Positions 41,671-50,706 of a DNA stretch of 64,000 bases are shown here, one piece after another; position 1 is the first letter of the stretch, and every line of letters starts with the position of its first letter. The position numbers and the translations under genes were made by a program. The notes below the pieces were generated by a model that was not told the origin of the DNA, did not search any database, and saw nothing but the letters and a program-made list of their open reading frames with translations. The stretch is from positions 1 to 64,000 of IMG/VR virus record IMGVR_UViG_3300017971_000001, one strand, 5' to 3'.

Positions 41671-42938
41671 GCGGCGACAAGGACGAACAGAGCGATCTGG
41701 ACGACCTGATCGACTCGCACAAGCCGCCCAGTCACCCCAAACGCGACAACGAGCCCCCGGGCGGCTTTCAGCCCGGCGTGACCATGAAGGGCAACACAGG
41801 GCACGCTGAGCTCGTCCTGCCGGCCGGGCAAGATCCTCGCTGGGGGGAGTTCCTGGAGGAGTTCGGCTACGGTAACGTTCTCGAGCTCGTCGAGGTCGTC
41901 GAGGTGCGCGCCTGGCAGACCTTCTCCAAAGACCACGGCAAGCAGAACCTACGCTATATCAAGGCGCGGGTCGTCAAGCGACGAGACGCGGCCGACGTCG
42001 AGGACCTGGAGCGCCTCAAGGACTGGATCATGAAGGACGAGCCGCCGCAGGAGCCGCTCGCCCCTTTCATTTCCGGCAACGAGAAGACGCTGCTCGTGTT
42101 CTTGTCCGACTGGCAGTTGGGTAAGCGTGAGGGCGGCGGCAGCCGGGCAACCGTCGAGCGGATCAATCAGGCGATCGAGCACCTGATCGAATACGTCTCT
42201 GTGCTGCGCAACAACGGGCACGTGATCAACGAAGTCGTCCTGTGCGGCATGGGCGACATGGTGGAATCGTGCAGCGGTTTCTATCCCATGCAGGAATTCC
42301 AAGTCGATCTCCACATGCGCCAGCAGCGCATGGTGGTCCGCCGCCTCCTGATCCGGATCGCCAAAAAGCTCCGTCCTCACTTCGCCAAGATCACCTTCCG
42401 GGCTGTTCCCGGAAACCATGGTGAAGTGCGCAAGGGAGGGGCTGGATCCAAGGCATTTACGTCGTTCAGTGATAACAACGACGTTTGCATTTTCGATCAG
42501 TTGCGCGACGTAGTCGCCGAGGCGCGCTGGGGCGAGGGGATCGACGTCCATACGACTCAGGTCGGCAAGCCCGAGCTCACCATGAGCTTCAAGATCGAGA
42601 ACGGCGAAGGGGCCAGCGTTGCTGTCGGGCTTGCCCACGGCCACCAGGCCGGCAGTCACAGCCGGGGCGACCCGGCGGACAAGATCAAGAAGTGGTGGAC
42701 CGACTGCTCCGGATCCCGCCACCCGATTGGCTACGTGGACATGCTCTGCACTGGGCACTACCACCACCTTCGCGTTGAGGACCGTGGCGAGCGGCGGACC
42801 TGGTTCCAATGTCCGACTCTCGACGGCGGATCCTTCTGGTACTGGGCTCGCGGCGGTCGCGGCTCTGTTCCCGGCATGCTTGTTGTTCTGGCAGACCCTG
42901 CGCACCCGCGGGGCTGGTGTGAGGTCAAGGTCCTATGA
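41667..42938 (+). CDS. Calcineurin-like metallophosphoesterase (phage type)
   Basis: SDWQLG, GD, GNH, HGH and GHYH motifs. Confidence 0.88.
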   Translation: MSGDKDEQSDLDDLIDSHKPPSHPKRDNEPPGGFQPGVTMKGNTGHAELVLPAGQDPRWGEFLEEFGYGNVLELVEVVEVRAWQTFSKDHGKQNLRYIKARVVKRRDAADVEDLERLKDWIMKDEPPQEPLAPFISGNEKTLLVFLSDWQLGKREGGGSRATVERINQAIEHLIEYVSVLRNNGHVINEVVLCGMGDMVESCSGFYPMQEFQVDLHMRQQRMVVRRLLIRIAKKLRPHFAKITFRAVPGNHGEVRKGGAGSKAFTSFSDNNDVCIFDQLRDVVAEARWGEGIDVHTTQVGKPELTMSFKIENGEGASVAVGLAHGHQAGSHSRGDPADKIKKWWTDCSGSRHPIGYVDMLCTGHYHHLRVEDRGERRTWFQCPTLDGGSFWYWARGGRGSVPGMLVVLADPAHPRGWCEVKVL

Positions 42939-43291
42939 GCTTGGGAGAGATCAAGCCCTTCGCGAAGTTCCTCGCCCGTCGCGGCGAGGAGGAGAAGGAA
43001 TACAAGCTGTTCCGAGTCCCCTGGCAGCTAAGCACCGAGGAGGACGAAGAGTCTGCCGAAGAGACCAAGGGGGACTGCGATCCCCCTTGGCGCGAGGACC
43101 CGGTAATTCGGTTCGACGCCAAGACCGATATCAAGAGCCGGAAGTTCCTGCAGGACGTGATCCACGAATGCACGCACGCGCGCTTCTGGGACATTGCAGA
43201 GAAGTCGGTGGACGAGTTCGCGGTCGAGCTCGCCAAGACGCTGGAGGAGATCGGCTACACGCTCGTTCTCATGAAGAAGCGCGAGTCTTGA
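42935..43291 (+). CDS. Small HExxH (zincin-like) protein
   Basis: VIHECTHA followed by a downstream Glu. Confidence 0.55.
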   Translation: MSLGEIKPFAKFLARRGEEEKEYKLFRVPWQLSTEEDEESAEETKGDCDPPWREDPVIRFDAKTDIKSRKFLQDVIHECTHARFWDIAEKSVDEFAVELAKTLEEIGYTLVLMKKRES

Positions 43292-43292
43292 T

Positions 43293-43583
43293 CTAGACCC
43301 ACTCGAACCCAAGCGTCTCGAGCAGCGAGTTGGCGAGCTCGCCAGCGGCGTCTCCGACGTAGACGTTCCCTGACTCCCAGAGTTCGGTCAGGTGCTCGAT
43401 CGCTTCATAGGCCTCGTCGACGGTCCACGGTCCTGCCGGGTTGAGCTCGGCCCTGCTCCATTCCAGGACCTCGGCGTCCCGATCGTTCAGGCTGAGCGGC
43501 ATGAATCCGTCCGGGCAGGCCTGCTCAAAGACCTCTTCGAACTCCTCATAGCTCGGAAGTTCACCGAAGCTAAGACTGCTCAC
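43293..43583 (-). CDS. Acidic hypothetical protein
   Basis: Last gene of a short leftward three-gene unit. Confidence 0.6.
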   Translation of the reverse strand: MSSLSFGELPSYEEFEEVFEQACPDGFMPLSLNDRDAEVLEWSRAELNPAGPWTVDEAYEAIEHLTELWESGNVYVGDAAGELANSLLETLGFEWV

Positions 43584-43776
43584 ATGTCCCCTCAGGCGAA
43601 ACCGGATCGGGAAAGTCGGGCCCCTCCTCGAGCACCTCGTCCTCCTCTCCGTGAACGATCACTATGAACTCTTCGGACGAAACCTTGTAGCCGTAGTTCA
43701 GCAGCGCGGCCAGCACGATCAGCGCAGCGGCTATCGCGCATAACAGCAAGATCGCAAGAGATTCCCAGCCCGTCAT
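43570..43776 (-). CDS. Small membrane protein
   Basis: ATGA-coupled; LAILLLCAIAAALIVLAALL. Confidence 0.6.
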   Translation of the reverse strand: MTGWESLAILLLCAIAAALIVLAALLNYGYKVSSEEFIVIVHGEEDEVLEEGPDFPDPVSPEGTCEQS

Positions 43777-43979
43777 AGCCGCCCGCTTCGCTTTCGCAGT
43801 TCTTCTTTGATTAACTCGATCCGTTTCGTAGCCATGACCGCTCGCTTCGCTCGCTTCGTTTCTGCGGTCGCGCACGGAAAGATCAAGTAGTCGGTGAGCG
43901 CTTTTTGTTCTTTCCGCAGCCATTCTTTCAGCTGGTCGTTCGCGAGCTCACTGAGCACTTGTCCGGCGAGTGGGTCCAT
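43773..43979 (-). CDS. Hypothetical protein
   Basis: Preceded by TAATCT-ggaaat-ATG. Confidence 0.6.
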   Translation of the reverse strand: MDPLAGQVLSELANDQLKEWLRKEQKALTDYLIFPCATAETKRAKRAVMATKRIELIKEELRKRSGRL

Positions 43980-44088
43980 ATTTCCAGATTAGCTTTCGGG
44001 TCTGACCCTGCACGCCAAAGTTGACAGTTCGGCAATCTATTGGTGTCTTGTTGATTCCTCTTGAACTCGAGCCACTGGAGAAGAGAAC

Positions 44089-44475
44089 ATGGCGACCAAG
44101 AAGAAGACGAAGCCGCGGATCGGCTCGAACAAGCCCTCCGCGAAGGCGCGCAAGCGGTCCAAGACCGCGGCCAAGAAGTCGGTCAGCGCGGCTGAGATCG
44201 TGGGCAAGAAGGTCAAGTCCCACGGAAGCAGCGCGCGCAAGGGCGCGACGGGGATCAAGCGCCCTCGCGTGACCGACAAGGAGATCACCAAGGCGCGCAA
44301 GCTCGCGCAACGCAAGAAGGGCACGACCCGCAAGGAGGTCGCCGAGCGCCTGAAGGTCAGTCCCGTGCGGGCCAAGTCGATCATTGACAAGGCCATGCAG
44401 GAAGGGAAGTGGAACTCGGCTCCCAAGGGGTCGGGTAAGGACGGTCGCACCCTGATCTACACGTGCGCGAAGTAG
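44089..44475 (+). CDS. Lys-rich DNA-binding protein with a winged HTH
   Basis: GGAG RBS; KK-rich N-terminus; TTRKEVAERLKVSPVRAKSIIDK. Confidence 0.7.
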   Translation: MATKKKTKPRIGSNKPSAKARKRSKTAAKKSVSAAEIVGKKVKSHGSSARKGATGIKRPRVTDKEITKARKLAQRKKGTTRKEVAERLKVSPVRAKSIIDKAMQEGKWNSAPKGSGKDGRTLIYTCAK

Positions 44476-44558
44476 CGCAGTAGCTCTCAGAGAGATCGAG
44501 GCCAGGTTGAGCGAGGCGCGCTGGGGAAGGCGCGCCTCGCTCCCTGTACAGTGGATCT

Positions 44559-44645
44559 ATGGACGCCTCTGAAGTCCTGATCCTCTGCGCTGCTTGCTTC
44601 GTGCTTGGCTACTGGTTTCGCCTCGCGAACGAACGCACGCAGTAA
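44559..44645 (+). CDS. 28-aa membrane peptide (not in the ORF track)
   Basis: TACAGT-ggatct-ATG; MDASEVLILCAACFVLGYWFRLANERTQ. Confidence 0.45.
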   Translation: MDASEVLILCAACFVLGYWFRLANERTQ

Positions 44646-44670
44646 GCCGTATGCTAGAGGAGGCAGATCC

Positions 44671-44847
44671 ATGCGCTTCCTCAAGGCCTTTGTCCTCGGA
44701 CCTTTCTTGGTCGTCCTGTCGATCACGCACATGGTCTGGATTCAACTGCCGCTGGTCTACGTCAATTCTGCGTTCGTGCTAATCGGACTAATTGGGGTAA
44801 CGGTGCTGCTGGACAACATGCGCAGGATCTTTCGAGAGGGTCGGTAA
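44671..44847 (+). CDS. Small two-TM membrane protein
   Basis: GAGGAGG RBS; two hydrophobic helices. Confidence 0.65.
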   Translation: MRFLKAFVLGPFLVVLSITHMVWIQLPLVYVNSAFVLIGLIGVTVLLDNMRRIFREGR

Positions 44848-44963
44848 GGGCTGCGTAGAGAAAACCCGGATAGGCGCTAACCTAGAAGTAACGCGGGCCC
44901 CCGGGAGGGCGCGGCCCCACGAGCTCACTGGTCACGACATTCGGCGGCAGCCGCAAAGGTGAA

Positions 44964-45287
44964 GTGAGCGTGCGCCTCAGCGACAAGCAACTCGAGTCCT
45001 TGCAGAAGAAGGCTAAGAACGCCCTTGATCTCCATGGCTCCCGGATCATGCTCACGCCCCACCGAGTCCTGGCCCTAGTTGAAGAATTGATCGATCTCCG
45101 CGAACGCGATTTCCGTTCGAGCGTAAGCGAGGAGGCCGATCGAATGGACAGCCAGGAACTCGAGTATGAGGAAGACGATCCAGACGTTGACGAGGCTGCT
45201 GAGCAGCTTGCTGCTGAGCGCCGCCGTGCTCACCTTCGCGAGCTCGCGCCCAGTCCTCGGCGAAGGTTCACACGCCGCGGCCTTTGA
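44964..45287 (+). CDS. Hypothetical helical protein
   Basis: Protein-like composition; its 3' end overlaps the vWA gene. Confidence 0.55.
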   Translation: MSVRLSDKQLESLQKKAKNALDLHGSRIMLTPHRVLALVEELIDLRERDFRSSVSEEADRMDSQELEYEEDDPDVDEAAEQLAAERRRAHLRELAPSPRRRFTRRGL

Positions 45288-46056
45288 GCGGCTCACGAGC
45301 TTTCGGCCCGTTCAGGTTCATTGGCGTCGAGACCTCGCGCTCGCCGGCCTGAACTTCCTCTGCTCGAACGAGCTCGATTTGCCCGTGGTTCCACCGCGCT
45401 CCCCTTTCGCCCCTCCTCTTCCGCCGCCTCCCGTTGAGCCGGAGCAGGACCCCGCCGTCGAGGAAGAAGATCCGCGCGACACGCCGCCGGCGATCTTCTT
45501 TGGCGAAGAGATCGAGAGCGAGAACGAGACGATCTACTACGTGCTCGACCAATCGGGCTCTATGCAGAGTTACAAGACCAACGCGTCGTTCGTCGATCCG
45601 GACGGCAATCAAACGGTCGGGAATCGTTGGGAGCGCGCGAAGGCCGAGGCGATCAAGTCGATCCGCGGGCTCAGCGACAACTTTCGCTTCGGGGTCTTGT
45701 CCTACAACTGCGGCCAGATCTACTGGAGCGCGGATCTGCGCGAAGCGACTGCCGCCAACAAGGCAGACGCCGAGGCCTGGATCAAGAAGCAATACTGGGC
45801 GACCGGAATGACGGGGACCGGGCCAGCGGCGAGCATTCCGCTCGCGATCAAGGATCTGCGGGCTATGGTCCTGCTGACCGACGGGGAGCCGAACTGCGGC
45901 GCCAATGGGACAGCAGGGCACCGCGCCATGATCTCGCAAAACAACGTCAGCGGTGCGGTGATCAACGTGTTCGGAATCCAGGCCTCTGGGCCCTGGCGCG
46001 CGTTCTGCCAGGGCGTGGCCGCGGACTCTGGCGGAAGCTACTACGACCTGCCCTAA
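45166..46056 (+). CDS. Secreted vWA-domain protein
   Basis: Signal peptide; YYVLDQSGSM (MIDAS DxSxS), TGT, LLTDGEPN. Confidence 0.85.
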   Translation: MRKTIQTLTRLLSSLLLSAAVLTFASSRPVLGEGSHAAAFERLTSFRPVQVHWRRDLALAGLNFLCSNELDLPVVPPRSPFAPPLPPPPVEPEQDPAVEEEDPRDTPPAIFFGEEIESENETIYYVLDQSGSMQSYKTNASFVDPDGNQTVGNRWERAKAEAIKSIRGLSDNFRFGVLSYNCGQIYWSADLREATAANKADAEAWIKKQYWATGMTGTGPAASIPLAIKDLRAMVLLTDGEPNCGANGTAGHRAMISQNNVSGAVINVFGIQASGPWRAFCQGVAADSGGSYYDLP

Positions 46057-46297
46057 GCGATCAGCGAGAGGAGCTCATGGGCGACGTCAAGGATTCTTGA
46101 CCTGCACCCTGCGCACAGAGGCTTCACTTCACGTGGGTTGATCGCTGGCAGTAGCGCGTCAATCTTGGCGAGCGCGGCGTCGATATCGTTCATACAACCT
46201 CTCCCGCCTCCAGTCTTCAGCGTAAAGTCCCTGCTGAGGCCCGCCATGTCTCATTTGTGGAACAAGCGGGCGCCGCTGAAGAACTTAGACTGGAGCT

Positions 46298-47179
46298 ATG
46301 AGCCGCGATCGCCGAATCCAGCAGCTGATCAGCCGGGCCTCTGAGGGCGATTACGACGCCGCAGAGTCTTTGATCTTCGAGGCGCTCAGGTCCGGGCGCC
46401 CTTACTGGGATCCGGACCACAGGATCGTCAACGAATACAGGGCTTCCCTCGCTCGCTTCCTGGGCTACCTGCGCTGGCCGCGTTGGGAGGAATTCCTTCA
46501 GGTGATCGCCCCGATCCCCTGTTCGCTGCCGCGCTTTTCCAAGATTGGCCCAGAGACCGTCAAGAGGATCCCGCCCGACGTGCTCTCGGCGGCCGTCGGA
46601 GGCGCCGCCGAGTTCGTCGCCCCTCTGATCGGAATCGAGCGGGACGTGATCCTTGAGGCGGCGTCGCTGGGCGGACAGCACCGTCTCCTTGTGGGCAAGC
46701 TGCGCTCAGCGGACGAGCCGATCACCAGTAACCCCGAGGTGCGGGCGATCCGAGGGAGGCTCCACGACCTGCGTCACTTCGTGCGCGACGAGGCGCTCGG
46801 CGCTGACTTCAGAAACGACGAATACATTTCGTCGATCGGGGAGGCATTAACGAAGGCGGGCGCCAAGGGGATTCGTGAGTGGATCTCTTCTCAGGACATG
46901 AGCCGCTACAACCGTCTAGGCTATCTCTACGAGGCGACCTTCTACCTCGAGCTCGCGCTGGCGATTCAATGCGAGGCGGACGAGTTCGGCAATGACTTCC
47001 CAATCGTGCGTCAGGACGGCACGCCTTACGGCCCTTACCTCCCTTACCCCGGCCGGCCTGACCGCGGCTGGCGCCCGAGTCGCTCCTGCTCGACCAAGGG
47101 CAAGCGCGCGGCCCGCAAGGCCATGCTCGGCCCGGCGATCTTCGCGACTTCTTCCTACCTGCTGGAGCGCTTGCTGTGA
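46298..47179 (+). CDS. SD-R-tag protein
   Basis: TAGACT-ggagct-ATG; MSRDRRIQQLISRASEGDYDA. Confidence 0.75.
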   Translation: MSRDRRIQQLISRASEGDYDAAESLIFEALRSGRPYWDPDHRIVNEYRASLARFLGYLRWPRWEEFLQVIAPIPCSLPRFSKIGPETVKRIPPDVLSAAVGGAAEFVAPLIGIERDVILEAASLGGQHRLLVGKLRSADEPITSNPEVRAIRGRLHDLRHFVRDEALGADFRNDEYISSIGEALTKAGAKGIREWISSQDMSRYNRLGYLYEATFYLELALAIQCEADEFGNDFPIVRQDGTPYGPYLPYPGRPDRGWRPSRSCSTKGKRAARKAMLGPAIFATSSYLLERLL

Positions 47180-47664
47180 GCGACGCACGAATCCGCGCCG
47201 CCTTGCGCGACCTCTCGAGCACTGAGGAGGTCCAGGAGTTCGTGTTGCGACACATGATTCGGACGGGGGACTGGGTTCCTGCCCCTGAGAACAGGGGGGT
47301 CGACGACCCCGAGATTCCGCCAGAGGAGCTCTGGAGATCGGACCTCGAAAAGTACACGGGGTCGATCATTCTCACGAACGACTTCAGAGTCTTGGGTGAG
47401 GGTCCTGCGGATATCTTTTACTACGAAGGGCCCCGAGGCACACCCCCGTTGCCCTTCTTGCTCGAAGGGGGCAGCGAAGAGGTGGAGCAGTTCGACGGCT
47501 GGGCCGACGGTTGGTGGGATCTGAGTCCAGTCGTTCCGCTTTACTTCCCAGGCGTCGAAGGACCTTATTCCTTCGACGCCTACGGACCCTCCTACAGTGT
47601 CGACGGAAAGAGTCAGGGCCTGGGCTCTATCTGGGTCGAGCGGGAACTGGCGGATTTATTATGA
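47176..47664 (+). CDS. SD-R-tag protein (divergent)
   Basis: MSDARIRAAL...MIRTGD. Confidence 0.7.
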   Translation: MSDARIRAALRDLSSTEEVQEFVLRHMIRTGDWVPAPENRGVDDPEIPPEELWRSDLEKYTGSIILTNDFRVLGEGPADIFYYEGPRGTPPLPFLLEGGSEEVEQFDGWADGWWDLSPVVPLYFPGVEGPYSFDAYGPSYSVDGKSQGLGSIWVERELADLL

Positions 47665-49367
47665 GCGACGCACGTCAACGGCGACTCGAGCGCGCGGCCG
47701 CGGCTGGTGACCGGGAGGCGGTCAACGCTCTGGTCGTACAGGAATACCTCGAGAATGGTCGCTACGACTTCCTGGTCAATGACCGAGGGACCGAGTGGCA
47801 GGTCAGCGTGATCGCGCCGGAACCGGGCGACTGGGCGGACGACCCCCTCGTTCACTTTGCTCGCATTCCTAAGAACAGGCCTGACCTTGGGTTCGTTGTT
47901 GGGCTAAGGCGCTATTACGCCAGCACGATCCTAAAGACAGCGGAAAAGGGCGACGGGATCGGATTTGGTAGAGACTGGGGCTCCATTTCTGGAAAGGCGG
48001 TCAAAGAGGCCGCCCGCACGATCCGCTTGCTGGTCGAGGAGTCTGGGCGGCGCTTGGATCACCGGTACGTCAGTTTCGGCGAGGGCTTCAGGATCGACGC
48101 GCCGGGCTTCGAGTTCGGCAAGGATCGCGTCTGGGACCTCTGCCTTCACCGAGATTTTCCCAAGTGGGAGCGCTGGTATCCGTCCGGGTCATGCCCCGAA
48201 GGGAGGAGCTTGGGTGACCTGGTTTTTCGAAGGATCTCAAAGCGCCGGTCTCGCTTCGGAGGATTCCCGGGGCTCAAGGGCCTCCGGAACCTGCGTGGCC
48301 TCTCGCGCAGGCGCTTCGACGAGCTCGCCCGCGAGCAGAAGATCCACCCGCTCCCCCGCGGTTGGTGGGAGAGAAAAAAGAACCCGATCAGCACGGTCCG
48401 AAAGGGGCGTCGACTGTTCCGCAGTGTCTCGCCCTTTGAAATGAACGCGATCCTGACGACGGGCCGGGTTCTCGGTCGTCGGGCGTCGTTCTCGGAGGAC
48501 GTGACCCAGCACAAGACCAAGCGCTCGGACTGCGTGACCTTCTGGGGCACCAAGCTCAAGGACGTCCTCCACCACGGCGAGGACTACCTGCGCTACTTCC
48601 AGTCCCTGCCGATCGTGCGCGACGCCTTCGCTGCGCTGTGGCCGGTCTCGAGCCTGGCGGACAACCTCTACATGAAGACCAGGGATCAGCCGCACCGCTT
48701 CCGCTACACGAAGCTCGCCGTGCGACTCGCGCTCGACCTGACCCGCGAGCTCCAGGAGGGCCTCCGGCGGGCCCTGTTCGTCGCTGCGCAGGAGTCCGAG
48801 TCCCAGAAGCCAGAGCTCGAATCGACCAGCTACGTGATCGAGACGAAGCCGTTGAGCGGCGGGACGCTGTTCACCGGCAAAGACTCGCTCTCCGGGGGGC
48901 GGCGAGGACAGAGGCACAGCCCGCCCGAAGTCTGCACGAAGGACGCTGTCGGCATTGAGGACGTGCGGGTGTTCTACCTGGTCAAGGACGGAGAGGTCTG
49001 GGCAGAGATCTTTGACGAGTTCGACCTCCCCTTCGTGCCCGTGCCGACCTTCGACGACCTCGCGATCGAGCGCGCCGTCGCCGCGGTCTACGAGGCTGGC
49101 CCTCGCCTGGCCGAGCTCGAGCTCGCGCTGAAGGAGGCGGCGGAGAAGTTGAAACGCGGCGAGGACCTCCGCAAACCTCGCCCCTTGGAACGCTTGCTGT
49201 CTCACGCCTCCCTCGGGATCGACCGTCGCGAGCTCGGTGAATACGACAGCCAGCTGACCAGCAAGGCCAAGCGCCAGGGCTGGATCGAATTCGACCGCGC
49301 CGAGCGCCTCTGGGTTTTGACGGAGGCCGGTGAGGAGCGCGAGGAAGCGCTGAGGAACGAGTTATGA
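47661..49367 (+). CDS. SD-R-tag, NP-linked two-module protein
   Basis: MSDARQRRLERAAAAGDREA; KKNP linker; second module begins RLFRSVS (weakly ART-like). Confidence 0.72.
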   Translation: MSDARQRRLERAAAAGDREAVNALVVQEYLENGRYDFLVNDRGTEWQVSVIAPEPGDWADDPLVHFARIPKNRPDLGFVVGLRRYYASTILKTAEKGDGIGFGRDWGSISGKAVKEAARTIRLLVEESGRRLDHRYVSFGEGFRIDAPGFEFGKDRVWDLCLHRDFPKWERWYPSGSCPEGRSLGDLVFRRISKRRSRFGGFPGLKGLRNLRGLSRRRFDELAREQKIHPLPRGWWERKKNPISTVRKGRRLFRSVSPFEMNAILTTGRVLGRRASFSEDVTQHKTKRSDCVTFWGTKLKDVLHHGEDYLRYFQSLPIVRDAFAALWPVSSLADNLYMKTRDQPHRFRYTKLAVRLALDLTRELQEGLRRALFVAAQESESQKPELESTSYVIETKPLSGGTLFTGKDSLSGGRRGQRHSPPEVCTKDAVGIEDVRVFYLVKDGEVWAEIFDEFDLPFVPVPTFDDLAIERAVAAVYEAGPRLAELELALKEAAEKLKRGEDLRKPRPLERLLSHASLGIDRRELGEYDSQLTSKAKRQGWIEFDRAERLWVLTEAGEEREEALRNEL

Positions 49368-49810
49368 GCGACGTGCGCCTGAGGAAGCTCGAGGCAGAGG
49401 CCCGGCAGGGCGGGCAGCCCGAAGTCTGGGCTTACCTTTCCCTGAAGGTCCGGGTTGCGCCGGACGCTCTCACCCTAGCCGACCTCAACATGGCCCAGGA
49501 CTTCGGCTTCGTGTTGCCGCCCGAGATTATCCAGCCGCTCGCGACCTTCGTGGGCCGGCAGTGCTCGGCGGCCGACGTCGTCATGCACACGGAGTATCGC
49601 GGGGCCGATATTTCGATCTTCGAGTCCGAGGGTTACGGACTTGAGGGCATGGGCCCTTACCTGGTCGTCTCGGTCGAGACGGCCGAGATCGAGCCGATCT
49701 TCCGCTTCGACGAGGAAATTGCGGCTCAGTGGGAGATCCCTCGCCTGCGCTTTTACGCCAACGAGAGCATGATCGAGACGGGTGCTGACGGCGGCTGGGT
49801 GAGCGAATGA
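49364..49810 (+). CDS. SD-R-tag protein
   Basis: MSDVRLRKLEAEARQGG. Confidence 0.72.
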   Translation: MSDVRLRKLEAEARQGGQPEVWAYLSLKVRVAPDALTLADLNMAQDFGFVLPPEIIQPLATFVGRQCSAADVVMHTEYRGADISIFESEGYGLEGMGPYLVVSVETAEIEPIFRFDEEIAAQWEIPRLRFYANESMIETGADGGWVSE

Positions 49811-50706
49811 GCGACGAGCGAATCCAGCGCCTCGAGCGCGAGCTCACGATCGACTCTAGCAACGTCGACCTTCAGCACGCCCTGGTCCGCGAGCGGGTTC
49901 GGGTCGGTGACTACCTCCCGATCGCGCTCGAGTATCTGCTCGAGGGCAAGCCGGTGCTGCCCTGGCAGTTCAACGCGATCAGCTACGTGTTTCTGGAGGC
50001 CGAGCGCCTCGGTCGGGAAACGGGCTATCAGGAGGGGCGTGTCGAGGCGATCTACCGGCCGGGCGTGGTCAACGCGAACGGCATGGTCCCTATGTGGGGA
50101 CTGGATCAGGCTCCCGACTTCGACGGCTGGGGGAACCCGACTTTCGCGCCCGCCTTGCGGCGCTTCTACGTCAAGACGGCAAGCCTCTGGCTGCAAGGAA
50201 TGGGAGCCCTGGGCGGATTCAGCGAAGAGGAACTCCATGAACTCCCAAGTCGTTTGCGTTATTTGCCCGGCGACCGCCCTGCCTATTCGCTTGAGGTCAC
50301 CCGGCGCTTCGTTCCCCCGCGTCACGTTCCGGCGCTGCACCTGATCGAGGGCTGTCGATACGAATACATGCACAAGGGCAAGCTGAGTCCGGAAGACTCG
50401 GCTTCGATCCCTCGCTTTTTCCTCGAAGAGTTCGAGGGACGCACGTATTACGCAGGCAGGGATCGCTACGACTGCCGGCACGCACGCATGCCCTACAACC
50501 CTCTTCTGCGTCGTGAGTTCGCAGGCAGGTTCCCCGAGCTCCACATGCCTCAGAGGGTCCTGGCGGCCGTCAGGCGCCCCGGCGGATACGTCGACAACTC
50601 CTCGATCTTCCTCGACGTTCGTATGTTCGAGGCGGCGCGGATCATGAAGCGCGTGGGCAAAGGCCGGCGCTGGAAGAACAACCCGTGGCGTCGCTCTCAC
50701 CGCTGA
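49807..50706 (+). CDS. SD-R-tag protein ending in KNNPWRRSHR
   Basis: MSDERIQRLERELTID. Confidence 0.72.
   Translation: MSDERIQRLERELTIDSSNVDLQHALVRERVRVGDYLPIALEYLLEGKPVLPWQFNAISYVFLEAERLGRETGYQEGRVEAIYRPGVVNANGMVPMWGLDQAPDFDGWGNPTFAPALRRFYVKTASLWLQGMGALGGFSEEELHELPSRLRYLPGDRPAYSLEVTRRFVPPRHVPALHLIEGCRYEYMHKGKLSPEDSASIPRFFLEEFEGRTYYAGRDRYDCRHARMPYNPLLRREFAGRFPELHMPQRVLAAVRRPGGYVDNSSIFLDVRMFEAARIMKRVGKGRRWKNNPWRRSHR

Noticed and set aside
44021-44049. Sigma70 promoter from a perfect TTGACA upstream of the Lys-rich HTH gene
   Set aside because: No acceptable -10 hexamer at 16-18 nt spacing.
17966-50706. 2A-like ribosome skipping at the NP motifs
   Set aside because: No D(V/I)ExNPGP consensus, and that mechanism is eukaryotic.
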